64,000 nucleotides of DNA. Origin: Candidatus Omnitrophota bacterium. GTDB lineage: Bacteria > Omnitrophota > Gorgyraeia > Zapsychrales > JAKLDJ01. The stretch is taken from NCBI GenBank assembly GCA_022703585.1, contig JAKLDJ010000001.1, forward strand, positions 310,891-374,890. The letters are read 5' to 3'. How positions within the stretch are numbered: position 1 is the first letter of the stretch. The DNA itself is not shown here. Below are more notes on the stretch, generated by a model that worked only from the letters and a program-made list of their open reading frames with translations, was not told the DNA's origin and did no database searches.

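Noticed and set aside
50-61840. All plus-strand ORFs in the supplied track (the largest are 49158..49910, 59150..59761, 43353..43922, 2477..2998, 41178..41693)
   Set aside because: Every place I checked is coding on the minus strand in a single frame. The plus-strand ORFs are antisense shadows. Their translations are low-complexity or Arg/Ser/Pro-rich, and they pair up only because the underlying minus-strand sequence is duplicated.
1-64000. The alternative explanation that a reassigned stop codon (genetic code 4/25 or phage recoding) causes the missing long ORFs
   Set aside because: Recoding would create extra in-frame stops under the standard code. Here the coding frame has none of the three stop codons anywhere I looked, which is the opposite signature.
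1-64000. rRNA, tRNA, CRISPR arrays, IS/transposon ends, integrases
   Set aside because: I saw no repeat-spacer periodicity, no terminal inverted repeats flanking a transposase-like ORF and no conserved rRNA or tRNA-like stretches. The whole window reads as protein-coding on one strand.

Overview
Reading the minus strand by hand, the whole 64-kb window appears to lie inside one continuous ORF (codons on plus-strand coordinates 2-4, 5-7, ... 63998-64000). I sampled more than 15 places along the window (positions ~1-1200, 2400, 4450, 8200-8450, 9250, 11050, 13750, 18250-18590, 20400, 22100, 24150, 25200-25500, 29580, 30200, 33500, 35350-36090, 37750, 40200, 44550, 48000, 49050, 49800, 53050, 54600, 59100-59800, 61300, 63900-64000). 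Every one was clean, protein-like and in this same frame, with no stop. The supplied ORF track agrees indirectly. All 33 minus-strand ORFs it lists fall in one other frame (end coordinates all divisible by 3), and the coding frame contributes none. That is what an ORF that never closes inside the window would produce (one hidden stop cannot be excluded). The window therefore seems to encode an internal fragment of at least 21,300 aa of a giant gene that runs off both edges. The plus-strand ORFs in the track are antisense artefacts.

The protein is a 'beads on a string' mosaic. From its 5' end (high coordinates) to its 3' end (low coordinates) I recognise:
- a hydrophobic N-proximal region (approx. 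61.7-64.0 kb)
- a peptidase M23 domain (~61.3 kb)
- a beta-barrel-like, Asp-rich segment (59-61 kb)
- a long RHS/YD-repeat-like beta region (53-57.5 kb)
- an AT-rich coiled-coil segment (49.2-50.3 kb)
- multi-pass membrane regions (44-46.5 and 48.4-49.2 kb)
- a 3x tandem repeat (47-48.1 kb)
- an alpha-glucan toolkit: two glycogen-binding-module-like repeats plus a GT5 glycogen-synthase-like domain (36.3-38.3 kb), two paralogous UDP-sugar-pyrophosphorylase-like modules (a ~1.9-kb internal duplication, 33.9-35.9 vs 41.5-43.5 kb), a GalT/HIT-like HxHxQ module (~40.2 kb), a GH13 alpha-amylase-family domain (~24.1 kb) and a second GT-B glycosyltransferase (~20-22 kb)
- an M48/HtpX-like HExxH membrane protease (~33.5 kb) and HEAT/PBS-lyase repeats (31.2-31.9 kb)
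- two paralogous radical-SAM modules (29.6 and 13.75 kb) and two PRK/uridine-kinase-like P-loop kinases (30.2 and 4.45 kb)
- a LysM-like module preceded by an internal Sec-signal-peptide-like segment (18.2-18.5 kb)
- four tandem beta-domain repeats (16.5-17.9 kb)
- a class-I SAM methyltransferase (~9.3 kb), a PPP-type metallophosphoesterase (~8.2 kb), an HD(HE)-like domain (~5.5 kb) and a GNAT (~2.8 kb)

At least 15 modules are punctuated by a recurring element: an acidic patch followed by L-x-A-F-V-(L)-P-G-(F)-E and a hydrophobic stretch. This looks like the N-terminal signal/anchor of once-separate proteins now fused without stops. GC is ~50%. I found no rRNA, tRNA, CRISPR or mobile element. 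Overall this resembles the recently described bacterial 'giant genes', but I cannot confirm any database match from here.
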